This document shows positions 12,299 through 28,038 of a DNA stretch of 64,000 nt, one piece after another. The stretch comes from Eledone cirrhosa. Its lineage: Eukaryota. Within the stretch, counting starts at the first letter, position 1, and every line of letters begins with the position of its first letter. The translations under genes and the position numbers were made by a program. The stretch spans positions 29,636,001 to 29,700,000 of the forward strand of contig OZ024746.1 of NCBI GenBank assembly GCA_964016885.1. The letters run 5' to 3'. The notes beneath the pieces were generated by a model that saw only the letters and a list, made by a program, of their open reading frames with translations, was not told the DNA's origin and searched no databases.

Positions 12299-12782
12299 TA
12301 CTACTGTACGTCTGTATACATATATGTATATACGTATACATACTTATATTTAAGTAACAGTCGTACTAAGAGTGAGAAAAGGAATTTCGTTTCATTTTTT
12401 CGGTTTATCGTTTTCGGTACCCCGGCCGATTAACTCACTCGATAAGCAAATTAGGCTGCTCAGCCGTTAATATGCATAAGGAAAGTATATACTTTCAAAC
12501 GTTCAACCATCTGGCAGGAAGGTATACGTTGCTGACGATAGCTAATAAGCTTGAAACTAGTACAGCGTTCCTTTGTCAGTGTTGAACAAATGAGCAACGA
12601 TGATTGCTAGACACTGTACGGCTTAATTCGGGATGTTTGTTTACAAACACACCGAGCATTATAATAAATGTTCGTTGAATCCATACGTACATATATATAT
12701 ATGTGTGCATGTATGTATATATATATATATATATATATACTACTGTACGTCTGTATACATATATGTATGTACGTATACATAG

Positions 12783-12785
<3 letters not shown>
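12296..12785 (+). mobile_element. Family J retrozyme-like monomer (439-nt period, terminally redundant)
   Basis: 12298-12342 repeated at 12737-12781; no recognisable coding remnant; one hammerhead; internal (TA)n. Confidence 0.78.
12526..12568 (+). ncRNA. Type I hammerhead ribozyme (family J)
   Basis: ACGUUG-CUGACGA-U AGCU AAUA AGCU U-GAAA-CUAG-UA-CAGCGU; predicted cleavage after 12562. Confidence 0.88.
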
Positions 12786-12853
<68 letters not shown>

Positions 12854-13296
12854 TACATGTATACATATACATATGCATTACACACACACATGTATATATA
12901 TATACATATATACACATACACATATACAAATACATATATATATATACATATACATATATATACATATATACACATACACATATACAAATACATATATATA
13001 TACAAATACATATATATATATACATATATACATATATATACATATATACACATGCACATATATATATATGTATATATATTACACACACACCCACATATAT
13101 ATATATATAATATATATATGTGTGTGTGTCTCTATATATATATATGTGTGTGTGTGTGTATATATATGTGTGTGTGTCTGTCGCTGTGTGCGTATGTGTG
13201 TGTGTGTCTGTCGCTGTGTGTGTATGTGTGTGTGTGCTTTTATAAGTAACTTTGCTAGTACGACATCGTGATCCAGTTTTAGTCATTTAACATCAA

Positions 13297-13640
13297 ATTT
13301 TTTTTTTTTTAAACACTTTAGTCTTTATTGTGTTGTATCAGATGAAAGAATGGTATTTAACTAAGGTATTGGTACGCGTTGGGGCCCACCCACAGCCCCG
13401 GCGGACAGAATCGAGAAGGTGTTTCCCCGGAGAACCGCAAGGGAGACGTTCTGGAAAAGGCACTCCAACTTGCGGGGCTCACACCTGCGGCTGGCCAGCT
13501 CAGCGCCTATGGTGGTGAGTAAGGAGGTAGCCGTGGGGCTGAGGACACCAGAAGTCTCCACTGCCAAGGGAACGACCGCAAACCTGTCAGAGAGCGACCT
13601 GTATTTGTGGAGGTTGGCTCCCTCTGCCCGACGTGCAATT
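13297..13640 (-). mobile_element. 3' end of a CRE-type non-LTR retrotransposon (REL endonuclease C-terminus plus polyA)
   Basis: RRAEGANLHKY...FAVVPLAVETSG...LFQNVSLAVLRGNTFSIL motif; AATAAA (~13324-13329 on minus) and polyA (T-run 13297-13310). Confidence 0.8.
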
Positions 13641-14249
13641 TAAGGGTGTTGTGAGAAATATCACGGCAGAGCTTTTATACCCAGGCAAATCCCACACACA
13701 CACATACCAATACACATATGTATGCATATATACACTAATATACACACACAGAGACAAATAAACAAAAACGCATGCGTTCATATAGACCTACACAAATATA
13801 TATGTATGTACATATATATATATATATATATATACATAAATATACATATATATATACGTACATAAGTACACACGCACTTACAGAAGCATGCATACACGTG
13901 AATGTACATATATGTACTAATACATAGACTCAGATACACACACACACACACTGAACACACGCCACCACCGCCATCTCCCTAACGACCAACAGCTTCACAA
14001 CAACGACCATTCCAACGACCATAAACAACAAAAACCATCAATACAACTCCCCAGCACCACCGTCACCACCTTGACGACGACGACGACGACCCCACCCCCA
14101 CCCCCACCCTAACAACCATCTATCGCCATCGTCACCACACTAGCGACCACTCACCACCACCGTCACCACCGTAACGATCTCCACCACCAACGTAACGACG
14201 ACCACCACCACCGCCACTGCCCTAACAACCAAACATCCCCACCATCACC

Positions 14250-15305
14250 ACCGTCACTACTCTAACGACCAACCATCACCACCATCACCACCCTAACAAC
14301 CAACCACCCCACTACAATCACCACCGTAACGACCTCCACCACCAACGTAACGATGACCACCATCACCGTCACAACCCTAACGACCAACCATCACAACCAT
14401 CACCACCCTAACGACCAACCACCACCACCCTAACGACCAACCACCACCACCCTAACGACCAACAACCCACCACAACCACCACCATCACCACCGTCACAAC
14501 CCTAACGACCAACCATCACCACCATCACCACCCTAACGACCAACCATCAACACCATCACCACCCTAACGACCAACCATCAACACCATCACCACCCTAACG
14601 ACCAACCATCACCACCATCACCACCCTAACGACCAACCATCACCACCACCACCACCGTAACGACCAACCATCAACACCATCACCACCGTAACGACCAACC
14701 ATCAACACCATCACCAGCCTAACGACCAACCATCACCACCACCACCACCCTAACGACCAGCCACCCTCCACCACCATCTATGGACCAGCCACCCTCCACC
14801 ACCACCTATGGACCAGCCACCCTCCACCACCACCCTAACGACCAGCCACCCTCCACCACCACCTATGGACCAGCCACCCTCCACCACCACCCTAACGACC
14901 AGCCACCCTCCACCACCATCTATGGACCAGCCACCCTCCACCACCATCTATGGACCAGCCACCCTCCACCACCACCCTAACGACCAGCCACCCTCCACCA
15001 CCACCCTAACGACCAGCCACCCTCCACCACCATCTATGGACCAGCCACCCTCCACCACCACCCTAACGACCAGCCACCCTCCACCACCACCCTAACGACC
15101 AGCCACCCTCCACCACCACCTATGGACCAGCCACCCTCCACCACCACCCTAACGACCAGCCACCCTCCACCACCACCCTAACGACCAGCCACCCTCCACC
15201 ACCATCTATGGACCAGCCACCCTCCACCACCACCCTAACGACCAGCCACCCTCCACCACCACCCTAACGACCAGCCACCCTCCACCACCACCCTAACGAC
15301 CACCA
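14250..15305. repeat. C/A-rich minisatellite (~25-28 bp units) containing CCCTAA
   Basis: ccaccctaacgaccaaccatcacca units, then mixed ccaccctaacgaccagccaccctcca / ccatctatggaccagccaccctcca units. Confidence 0.9.
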
Positions 15306-15523
15306 CATACACTCACCTATCCTCCCCCCTCTTCAACCATCACACACTTCGGAACTAATTAATTAACAAGATTAATTGAATTAAAACAACAACAACAATT
15401 ACATCAACAACAATAACAACACCTCAACAATAAGAACAATAAAAACAACAGCAACAGCAACAATAAATAGGACGAGGTATGGAGCAGCACGAACAACAAC
15501 AGGAGAGGAGAGAGAGAGAGAGA

Positions 15524-15565
<42 letters not shown>

Positions 15566-16142
15566 GTGTGTGATAGAGGGTGAAGTGGGAAGAGATAGTA
15601 TGTCGGAGAGAGGGAGGGACAAAGAGGGAGTGTGAGAGTGAGAGAGAGAGAGAGAGTGGTGGAGGGTGAGGCAGGGAGAGAAAGTGTGACGGAGAGGTAG
15701 AGAGAGAGAGTGAGAGAGAGAGTGGTGGAGGGTGAGGCAGGGAGAGAAAGTGTGACGGAGAGAGGGAGAGAGAGCGAGAGAGAGAGAAATAGAGAGAGAG
15801 AGCGGGGAGTAGGAGAGAGAGAGACAGTGATGGAGGGAGAGATAGTATGGCGAAGAGAGTGAGGGAAAGTGGGAGAGAGAGATATATTCCACATGTAATA
15901 TCCATCGATATACCACACAGTCCATATAGAAGCTGCTGTGTGGTTGCTGAAACATATAACATGGATCTATGTAGCTAGTAAGATGTGTGTGTATATATGT
16001 ATTACAATGTAGACCTGTGTGTGTATTGTTAGATGTGTGTGTGTGCACGTGATTGACGATGTAGACATGTCTGTGTATTGCCAGGTGAGAGAGAGAGAGA
16101 GAGAGAGAGAGCGTATGAAAATGTAAGCATGTCTGTATTGTG

Positions 16143-16247
<105 letters not shown>

Positions 16248-16349
16248 TGTGTGTGCTTGTGTGTGTGTGAGTATGACAATGTAAGTCTATGTGTGTATTG
16301 TCAGGTGTGTATGTGTATGACATTGTAGACCTATTGTCGGAGGATGTGA

Positions 16350-18650
16350 GTGTGAACGTCAAATGTAGCGTATGTGTATGAACGTCAGATGTAGTGTGTG
16401 TGAACGTCAGATGTAGTGTGTGTATCAACGTCAGATGTAGTGTGTGTATCAACGTCAGATGTAGTGTCTGTGTATGGACGTCAGATGTAGTGTGTATGAA
16501 TGTCAGATGTAGTGTGAGTATGAACGTCAGATGTAGTGTGTGTATGAACGTCAGATGTAGTGTGTGTGTGAACGTCAGATGTAGTGTGTGTATCAACGTC
16601 AGATGTAGTGTGTGTATCAACGTCAGATGTAGCGTGTGTATCAACGTCAGATGTAGCGTGTGTATCAACGTCAGATGTAGTGTGTGTGAACGTCAGATGT
16701 AGTGTCTGTGTATGGACGTCAGATGTAGTGTGTGTGTGAACGTCAGATGTAGTGTGTGTGTGAACGTCAGATGTAGTGTGTGTGTGAACGTCAGATGTAG
16801 TGTGTGTGTGAACGTCAGGTGTAGTGTGTGTGTGAACGTCAGATGTAGTGTGTGTGTATGAACGTCAGATAGTGTGTATGAACGTCAGATGTAGTGTGTG
16901 TGTGAACGTCAGATGTAGTGTGTGTGTGAACGTCAGATGTAGTGTGTGTGTGAACGTCAGATGTAGTGTGTGTGTGAACGTCAGATGTAGTGTGTGTGTA
17001 TGAACGTCAGATGTAGTGTGTATGAACGTCAGATGTAGTGTGTGTGTGAACGTCAGATGTAGTGTGTGTGTGAACGTCAGATGTAGTCTGTGTGTGAACG
17101 TCAGATGTAGTGTGTGTGTGAACGTCAGATGTAGTGTGTGTGTATGAACGTCAGATGTAGTGTGTATGAACGTCAGATGTAGTGTGTGTGTGAACGTCAG
17201 ATGTAGTGTGTGTGTGAACGTCAGATGTAGTGTGTGTGTGTGTGAACGTCAGATGTAGTGTGTGTATGAACGTCAGATGTAGTGTGTATGAACCTAAGAT
17301 GTAGTGTGTGTGTGAACGTCAGATGTAGTGTGTATGAACGTCAGATGTAGTGTGTGTGAACGTCAGACGTAGTGTGTGTGTGAACGTCAGACGTAGTGTG
17401 TATGAACGTCAGATGTGTGTGTATGAACGTCAGATGTAGTGTGTGTGTATGAACGTCAGATGTAGTGTGTGTGAACGTCAGATGTAGTGTGTGTGTGAAC
17501 GTCAGATGTAGTGTGTGTGTATGAACGTCAGATGTAGTGTGTATGAACGTCAGATGTAGTGTGTGTGAACGTCAGATGTAGTGTGTGTGTGAACGTCAGA
17601 TGTAGTGTGTGTGTATGAACGTCAGATGTAGTGTGTGTGTGAACGTCAGATGTAGTGTGTGTGTATGAACGTCAGATGTAGTGTGTGTGTGAACGTCAGA
17701 TGTAGTGTGTGTGTGAACGTCAGATGTAGTGTGTGTGTGAACGTCAAATGTAGTGTGTGTGTATGAACGTCAGATGTAGTGTGTGTGTGAACGTCAGATG
17801 TAGTGTGTATGAACGTCAGATGTGTGTGTATGAACGTCAGATGTAGTGTGTATGAACGTCAGATGTAGTGTGTATGAACGTCAGATGTAGTGTGTGTGAA
17901 CGTCAGATGTAGTGTGTATGAACCTCAGATGTAGTGTGTGTGTGAACGTCAGATGTAGTGTGTATGAACGTCAGATGTAGTGTGTGCGTGAACGTCAGAT
18001 GTAGTGTGTGTGTGAACGTCAAATGTAGTGTGTGTGTATGAACGTCAGATGTAGTGTGTGTGTGAACGTCAGATGTAGTGTGTGTGTGAACGTCAGATGT
18101 AGTGTGTGTGTGAACGTCAGATGTAGTGTGTATGAACGTCAGATGTAGTGTGTATGAACGTCAGATGTAGTGTGTGTGTGAACGTCAGATGTAGTGTGTG
18201 TGAACGTCAGATGTAGTGTGTATGAACGTCAAATGTAGTGTGTGTGTCAACGTCAGATGTAGTGTGTGTGTGAACGTCAGATGTAGTGTGTGTGTGAACG
18301 TCAGATGTAGTGTGTATGAACGTCAGATGTAGTGTGTATGAACGTCAGATGTAGTGTGTGTGTGAACGTCAGATGTAGTGTGTGTGAACGTCAGATGTAG
18401 TGTGTATGAACGTCAAATGTAGTGTGTGTGTGAACGTCAGATGTAGTGTGTGTGTGAACGTCAGATGTAGTGTGTGTGTGAACGTCAGATGTAGTGTGTA
18501 TGAACGTCAGATGTAGTGTGTATGAACGTCAGATGTAGTGTGTGTGTGAACGTCAGATGTAGTGTCTGTGTATGGACGTCAGATGTAGTGTGTATGAACG
18601 TCAGATGTGTGTGTATGAACGTCAGATGCAGTGTGTGTGAACGTCAGATG
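16350..18650. repeat. Minisatellite gaacgtcagatgta(gt)n, ~20-28 bp unit
   Basis: Constant 14-bp core with variable GT tract; roughly 95-100 units estimated from length. Confidence 0.95.
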
Positions 18651-18857
18651 TGTGTGTATGCGTTTGTGAATATCAGCTGCAATGGTTGTGTAGGGAAATG
18701 TCAGATGTAGTAGGTGTGTGTAGGGGAATGTCAGATGTAATGTGTGTGTGTATGTATGTGTGTATGTATGTGTATGTGCGTGTGAAATGTTGTGTATGTA
18801 TGTGCGAACATCATATATATATATATATATATAACCATACATAGATATATATGTGTG

Positions 18858-18924
<67 letters not shown>

Positions 18925-18977
18925 CCATACATAGATATATATGTGTGTATATATATACATGTATATAAGTATATATG

Positions 18978-19024
<47 letters not shown>

Positions 19025-19025
19025 G

Positions 19026-19057
<32 letters not shown>

Positions 19058-19080
19058 CATAAATATATACATATACATAC

Positions 19081-19114
<34 letters not shown>

Positions 19115-19422
19115 GTGTGAAGGTCAAATGTAGCGTGTATGAATAAATATGACAGTATTTGTGTGCTTACTTGTAATGTGTGTGTGTATGTGTGTGAAAG
19201 TATGTGCAAGTATGTGTGTGTATCGTGCGTGGTAATGTAATGAGGGTTAGTAAATGACGATAAATCCTGCTTGTGTAATTGTATATATACCTATATGGTA
19301 GAGTTGGCAGGTCACTGTTGTATGTGGGTGTGTGTGTGAATGTGTGTGTGTGTGTCAGAACGCTTAATGTTCTCTACTATCAACCCTAACTATTATCACC
19401 ATCTCTCTCTTTCTCTCACACC

Positions 19423-19466
<44 letters not shown>

Positions 19467-19470
<4 letters not shown>

Positions 19471-19735
19471 GAAAATTAGAGTTAATGACTCCAATTGAAA
19501 ACCCTGTAATTATTAAGCTCCAAGTATAAAATACTGAGCCGTATAATAATAATATATATGCAGTAAGAAACACAGTAAACCGTGTGTCTAATATTACAAG
19601 AGTTGAAAAACCACATTTGTTTGAAATATTTAACTTAAATATTTAACTTAAATATTTCAAACAAATGTGGTTTTTCAACCCTTGTAATATTAGACACACA
19701 GATTACTGTGTTTCTTACTGCATATATATTATTAT

Positions 19736-19740
<5 letters not shown>
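19467..19740. repeat. Family K asymmetric inverted-repeat element in (TA)n
   Basis: ~19543-19633 is the reverse complement of ~19649-19738; the left arm has a ~75-nt extension. Confidence 0.85.
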
Positions 19741-19812
<72 letters not shown>

Positions 19813-19873
19813 TTTATTGTCTGCCTCTCTGTTTTGTTCCCGTCTAAATTTGAACTATATATATATATATATA

Positions 19874-20203
19874 TTTCGTTTCTGAATTTGTTTAGCAAGA
19901 TTCTTTATCTGAAATCGTGTGTTGAAACCGATATTGTTATACTTTGGGAGGGTCATGTTGCCAATAAGAAACAAAATGGCGTAGGACAGAAGAAAGGAAA
20001 GGCATCCCAGTCACTGAAGAGGTCACAGAGTGTGTGACGAAAGGACTAAGACTATATATAAACAACTATCTGGTTGTGGAACCAACCAACCAACCAGAAA
20101 TTTATAAATTTGTAAATTTATAAATATATAATAAATTGAAGTGAAAGCAACTGGTGCGTGTGTTTCTTATTGGCAACATGACCCTCCCAAAGTATAACAA
20201 TAT
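19874..20203 (+). mobile_element. Family A Penelope-like pLTR with 5' inverted tail
   Basis: 19874-19972 antisense tail joined through agaaac microhomology to the sense pLTR; hammerhead at 20009-20053; homologues at 22599, 27753 and 28035. Confidence 0.85.
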
Positions 20204-20217
20204 ATATATATATATAG

Positions 20218-20389
20218 TTTTAATATAGATGAGATTCTACAGGACTAGAACTGTTTCATTCTTTGATGATTTCTAAAGAATGAAACAGTTCTAGTCCTGT
20301 AGAATCTCATCTATATTAACACTTTTATACTCTGCTATGTATTGAGTACCTTACTTACTGTGGTTACCTCCGACTCAACCCGGAATAAC

Positions 20390-20390
<1 letters not shown>
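20218..20390. mobile_element. Family C asymmetric inverted element
   Basis: Arms ~20220-20264 and 20276-20319 plus tail; hammerhead truncated at (C)UGAUGA; homologue at 50369-50560. Confidence 0.8.
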
Positions 20391-20461
<71 letters not shown>

Positions 20462-20508
20462 GTGTATATATATATGTATATATATATATATATAAGTATA
20501 TATATATA

Positions 20509-20561
<53 letters not shown>

Positions 20562-20619
20562 ATGTATATATATATATATATATATGTATATATCTAAAAT
20601 GTCTAAAGTCTGTGTTAAG

Positions 20620-20875
20620 TCTAAAGGCTCATTTGGCCAGGGCTTATCCCGGTTTCATGGCGTGAAGCTACTGAGAGTACAAGACTCCCCCCTGGACAAG
20701 ACACCAGTCCATCGCAGGGTTAAACCTCCAGTTAATGTTGCTACTCATTTTCAGGTGAGTATACTGGAGCAAAATGAAATGCTCAAGAACACAACACGCA
20801 AGCAACCCAGGAATCGAGCCCACAACATTATGATCGTAAGTCCAACATCCTTACCACTAGGCCACATGCCTCCAC
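20620..20875 (+). mobile_element. SINE-like repeat (octopus-like family 2, antisense tRNA-like end)
   Basis: ...gctcaagaacacaac...aggaatcgagcccacaac...accactaggccac; similar segments at ~30340, ~31250, ~32320 and ~62120. Confidence 0.55.
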
Positions 20876-20892
20876 TCACTATCTATATATCC

Positions 20893-20923
<31 letters not shown>

Positions 20924-21161
20924 GGAAGGTATGTGTGTGTGTGGGAAGGTATGTGTGTGTGTGTATGTGTACATATATACATACTCTCTTATTACGGATG
21001 GTGTAAACGAGATTGTATATGGAGAACTATTTATTTAAAAGATTTTTTTTTCTTTGCACTCTGATAAACTTCCATTACGCAAAGAAGACATGCAAATATA
21101 TTGCTCAGAAGGCTACCCCCCCCCTCTCTCTCTATATATATGTGTGTATATATATGTGTAA

Positions 21162-21215
<54 letters not shown>

Positions 21216-21290
21216 ATGTGTCCATATATATATATATAACTGTGTATATACATATATACACACAGTTATATATATATGCATACATAGACA

Positions 21291-21358
<68 letters not shown>

Positions 21359-21448
21359 GTATATATGTATATATGTATATATGTATATATATATGTATAT
21401 ATATATATATATATATGTACACACATATATATATATATACATATGTAT

Positions 21449-21506
21449 AGTCCAGAATTAGCCGTCGAAACGGCTTGAGCTCAGCCGTCGGGGTCCTACT
21501 CGTACC

Positions 21507-21508
<2 letters not shown>
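21449..21508 (+). mobile_element. Family D short arm
   Basis: agtccagaattagccgtcgaaacggcttgagctcagccgtcggggtcc between (TA)n. Confidence 0.8.
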
Positions 21509-21554
<46 letters not shown>

Positions 21555-21748
21555 GGTAAACGGAATAGAAAATGCTGACAAATTGTTCACAGTAAAAAAA
21601 TGGTTTAATTAGGAATAAAAGAGTATTAGTGATTGTATGGGTTAGTATTCAGTTGTGGTTTTAAGTTTTTAAGTTTTTACCGGTTGCGCATTTCTAAATG
21701 CTGGTCAAAAATAATTTTGAGATAGAGTGTCCGTGCTGTTTGCTCTGA

Positions 21749-21812
<64 letters not shown>

Positions 21813-21840
21813 TATATATATATATATATATAAATATATA

Positions 21841-21898
21841 TAGGAACCAGTAAGACCCCGACAGCTGAGCTCAAGCCGTTTCGACGGCTAATTCTGGA

Positions 21899-21900
<2 letters not shown>
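21841..21900 (-). mobile_element. Family D short arm
   Basis: Reverse complement of 21449-21508 with the same end points. Confidence 0.8.
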
Positions 21901-21970
<70 letters not shown>

Positions 21971-22347
21971 TAAATATATACATATACATACATATATATA
22001 TGTGTGTGTCTAAATAGAGAAATAGAAAGAGACAATGTGTCATATATACACACGGCTAAACACATACAAACATGTATGAATTCAATTTAGATGTTAGATT
22101 TGTCACATACGGTAAAAAGACTATTGCAAGTTTGTTTTGATACAAACGATGTATATACACCTGCTTCTATTTATGTTGACATGTCTCCTTGCTGTTATAT
22201 ATATATATATCATAAATATATTATATGCATATACTATTTATGTGTGTATAGATATGTGTATATTGTATATATGTGTATATTGTATATATGTGTATAAATA
22301 TATATATATGAATACACACACACACACATATATATATATACATACAC

Positions 22348-22380
<33 letters not shown>

Positions 22381-22517
22381 ATCAAACATATATATACATA
22401 CATATATATCTATATACATATATGTATATAATATTTATATATACATATATGTATATTATATATATACATATATGTATATATATATATATATTCATATATT
22501 ATATATATACATATATG

Positions 22518-22549
<32 letters not shown>

Positions 22550-22598
22550 AATACATACATATATATATACATACATATATATATATATATATATTCAT

Positions 22599-22977
22599 AT
22601 TTCGTTTCTGAATTTGTTTAGCAAGATTCTTTATCTGAAATCGTGTGTTGAAACCGATATTGTTATACTTTGGGAGAGTCATGTTGCCAATAAGACTTAG
22701 CACACAACACACACACAGAAACAAAATGGCGTAGGACAGAACAAAGGAGAGGCACAGAAACAAAGAGAGGAATCCCCAGTCACTGAAGAGGTCACAGAGT
22801 GTGTGACGAAAGGACTATGACTATATATAAACAACTATCTGGTTGTGGAACCAACCAACCAACCAGAAATTTATAAATTTATAAATTTGTAAATTTATAA
22901 ATATATAATAAACTGAAGTGAAAGCATCTGGTGCGTGTGTTTCTTATTGGCAACATGACCCTCCCAAAGTATAACCA
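22599..22977 (+). mobile_element. Family A Penelope-like pLTR with 5' inverted tail
   Basis: Same architecture as 19874-20203. Confidence 0.85.
22778..22822 (+). ncRNA. Minimal type I hammerhead ribozyme (family A)
   Basis: AGUCA-CUGAAGA-G GUCAC AGAGUGU GUGAC-GAAA-GGAC-UA-UGACU; further copies at 20009-20053(+), 27810-27854(+) and 28185-28229(-). Confidence 0.82.
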
Positions 22978-22979
22978 TA

Positions 22980-25120
<2,141 letters not shown>

Positions 25121-25160
25121 ATATATATTCATATACTGGGAGAGGGTCATATTGTTTTAA

Positions 25161-26053
25161 TCTATATATATAAAACTCTGGTTGTCTGTCTGTCTATCGA
25201 TTTTTGGCACACATCTCCTCTTAGAATCTCTGACGGAATTGCACCGAAATTGCTATACTTGTACATTGAGCCCTAGCGAAGACATCGGAAAAAAATATTT
25301 CAAATTGACCCGCCCTATGTGACGAAATCGAATATAATGTATCGATTTTTGAGCGTAAGTTATCAGTTATTTCCCTTTGTTCTGTTTACATTGAGCGTCT
25401 TACGTAAAAAATTCCGCTGGCTTTCTCAGCGTTTAAAATGACATTAACACAATACACGAACAGTTGTCGAGCCAGCAAAATATTGACCTGCAAAATTCAT
25501 CAGTTCGAACACTAAGCTTCCGTTTTGCTTCATTTCCATTTAAAAGCATTTTAAAACAATATTTTTACTTGAAAACAAGTCTATTTAAAGACTACGTAAA
25601 ACAAGCAAATATTTCGCGTTAGGCGTGCAGACAGATAGTCGTGCAGAGAGGTGATATAGCCGTGCAGACAGACAGTCGTGCAGAGAGGTGATATAGGCGT
25701 GCAGACAGACAGTCGTGCAGAGAGGTGATATAGGCGTGCAGACAGACATAACTGATAATTTGGTTACGCTAATGTTTTTCTCTGCGTTGCAGTGTTTACA
25801 TTTTCGATCTTTGTTAATAAATAACCAGTGCAGTTTCTATCCCCAGCATCCTCTTTTGTTATAACATTCGGGTTATCGTTATGTTTTCTTAACTTCATAA
25901 GGCATATTGTTGGTTGAGGGAATATTAATCAAAAACACCACATGCAAGTCTGCACAGTAGACACTACAGTTTTTAAGCCAAGAAAGAAACTTAACATTGT
26001 AACTTTAACACAGCTACTGAGCGACCCCGAGCAACGCCGGGCTTTACTGCTAG
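25161..26053 (+). mobile_element. Non-autonomous Helitron
   Basis: 5' TCTATATATATAAAAC, 3' hairpin cccgagcaacgccggg followed by CTAG, inserted between A25160 and T26054, no TSD; internal 37-bp tandem repeat at 25621-25748. Confidence 0.85.
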
Positions 26054-26381
26054 TATACAATAACACAGAAGGAACATAATAGTACCACTGATGATGTTGC
26101 AGCTGTGCAACGAAAGAACTTTGTTAGACTATATATATGTGTTCATATCTATATTATATCACTATTTTTTTACCGTTGGTCAGTTAATGGTAAACATGGA
26201 TGACGGAATGAATTAACTCTGGAGATATAACAGATACAGATGCGAAAACCAATCAAACAGTGAGTGTGTTGTGTTATTAATGCTGGCAATATTATTATAA
26301 CAATATGACCCTCCCCAAGTATAACAATATTTGTTTCGGCACACGATTTCATATCAAAAAACCTCACAAAACAAATATATA

Positions 26382-26385
<4 letters not shown>
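26054..26385 (+). mobile_element. Family G Penelope-like pLTR (relative of family A)
   Basis: Hammerhead at 26081-26130 (CUGAUGA-U GUUGCA GCUG UGCAAC-GAAA-GAAC-UU; stem I imperfect); tail atgaccctccccaagtataac...; its inverted arm lies at ~25125-25160 across the Helitron. Confidence 0.75.
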
Positions 26386-26427
<42 letters not shown>

Positions 26428-26457
26428 CCTTTTTGTGTTTCATTATATCTTGTGCCA

Positions 26458-26669
26458 AGGGTGGTGGTTTGGCAGTATCGGTAGAGGGTCGGACGCCATC
26501 GGTAGAGGGTCGGACGGCCCTTGCCATTCTGAGTTCAAATCCTGCCGAGGTTAACTTTGCCTTTCATCCTTACGTGGTCGATAAAATAAAGTACCAGTAA
26601 TGTACTGGGAAATTTTTGGCCTTGTGCCAATAGTAGAAACAATTATATCTTGTGCCAAAAGTAGAAAAG

Positions 26670-26670
<1 letters not shown>
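26458..26670 (+). mobile_element. SINE family 1
   Basis: ggtggtttggcagtatcggtagag...gagttcaaatcctgccgagg...; homologous to 1465-1640. Confidence 0.75.
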
Positions 26671-26737
<67 letters not shown>

Positions 26738-27752
26738 TTATATACTGTATATATATATATATATACATATATATACATATATATACTGTATATATACTGT
26801 ATATATATATATATACACTTATTCACTATTCACTGAGGTGGTTCAATTGCTTGATTTGCTATGAACTCAGCTGTGCTGATGTATCTTTATACATATGCGT
26901 GTGTGGTGGAGTAATATCTATATACGTGTGCTGTCAGCTACATATATTCCGTAGTCTCTCTCTGTCACGTGATATAAACATGCAATGGCAACCTTAACTA
27001 CTTCAACGTCAACATATAGTGTCATTACGCTCTATCTGTACCAGTGACTGGTGTTTTGACATATAACAAACATCATTGTCTTCAATGTGAAATAGTTAAT
27101 AATATAATTCTTGACCCTGTAGGTCGGTAAAACGATATATCAGGACGGGATGGCCACATCTGTGGTACACTTGACATCGACATACATTCATACATATATG
27201 CAAACATTGGATGTAATCGTCCTGCACCAGTTTCGACGACGAGTGCTCCATTCGTTCTATCAACAGAAACTCCTGCTCTTGAAATTTAATTTCAAGTAAC
27301 TAAGCATTGTACACATAGTTAACATATTTCTCAATGAAATTCAGCAAAGCAAAGTCTATATCACAGTTTGCCCTATGAATTAGAGGTAAAAACCACCTGA
27401 TGGGCTTCCTCTCACTTTTCCTTTAACCAATTTCATTCACAACATATGGGCCGACCCCACGTTGACATTTACGCAAGATTCCTCGCAATGAGGTCGAACC
27501 CTAGACCTAATGACTGTTTTGGCGAACTTGTTAACTGTATGGCCATGCTGTTCCACACCCTGTAAACATACATATTCTATGTAGTACCAGAGCTATGGCC
27601 TGTAAGTATAGTTACAGAACTCATCGCTACAATATAATGGTGTTATTGCAGCACATCAGGGACATGGTGGAGGAGTTATATTTGTTAAAAATACTTTCCA
27701 CATTATGGTGGATTGGTAGTATCGGTAGAGGGTCGGACGCCATGCTTTCCAG

Positions 27753-28004
27753 CCAAAATGGCGTAGGATAGAAGAAAGGAAAGGCACAGAAACGAAGAAA
27801 GAAATCCCCAGTCACTGAAGAGGTCACAGAGTGTGTGACGAAAGAACTATGACTATATATATATAAACAACTATCTGGTTGTGGAACCAACCAACCAACC
27901 AGAAATTTATAAATTTGTAAATTTATAAATATATATTAAATTAAATTGAAGTGAAAGCAATGGTGCGTGTGTTTCTTATTGGCAACATGACCCTCCCAAA
28001 GTAT

Positions 28005-28010
<6 letters not shown>
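27753..28010 (+). mobile_element. Family A pLTR
   Basis: Homology to 19970-20203; hammerhead at 27810-27854; directly follows a SINE 5' fragment. Confidence 0.85.

Positions 28011-28034
<24 letters not shown>

Positions 28035-28038
<4 letters not shown>

Noticed and set aside
16350-18650. CRISPR-like repeat-spacer appearance
   Set aside because: Spacers are only (GT)n, the repeat is 14 bp, the context is eukaryotic and there are no cas genes
21550-21755. Segment between the two family D short arms as cargo of a composite transposon
   Set aside because: Separated from both arms by (TA)n; more simply independent insertions, with no recognisable coding motif
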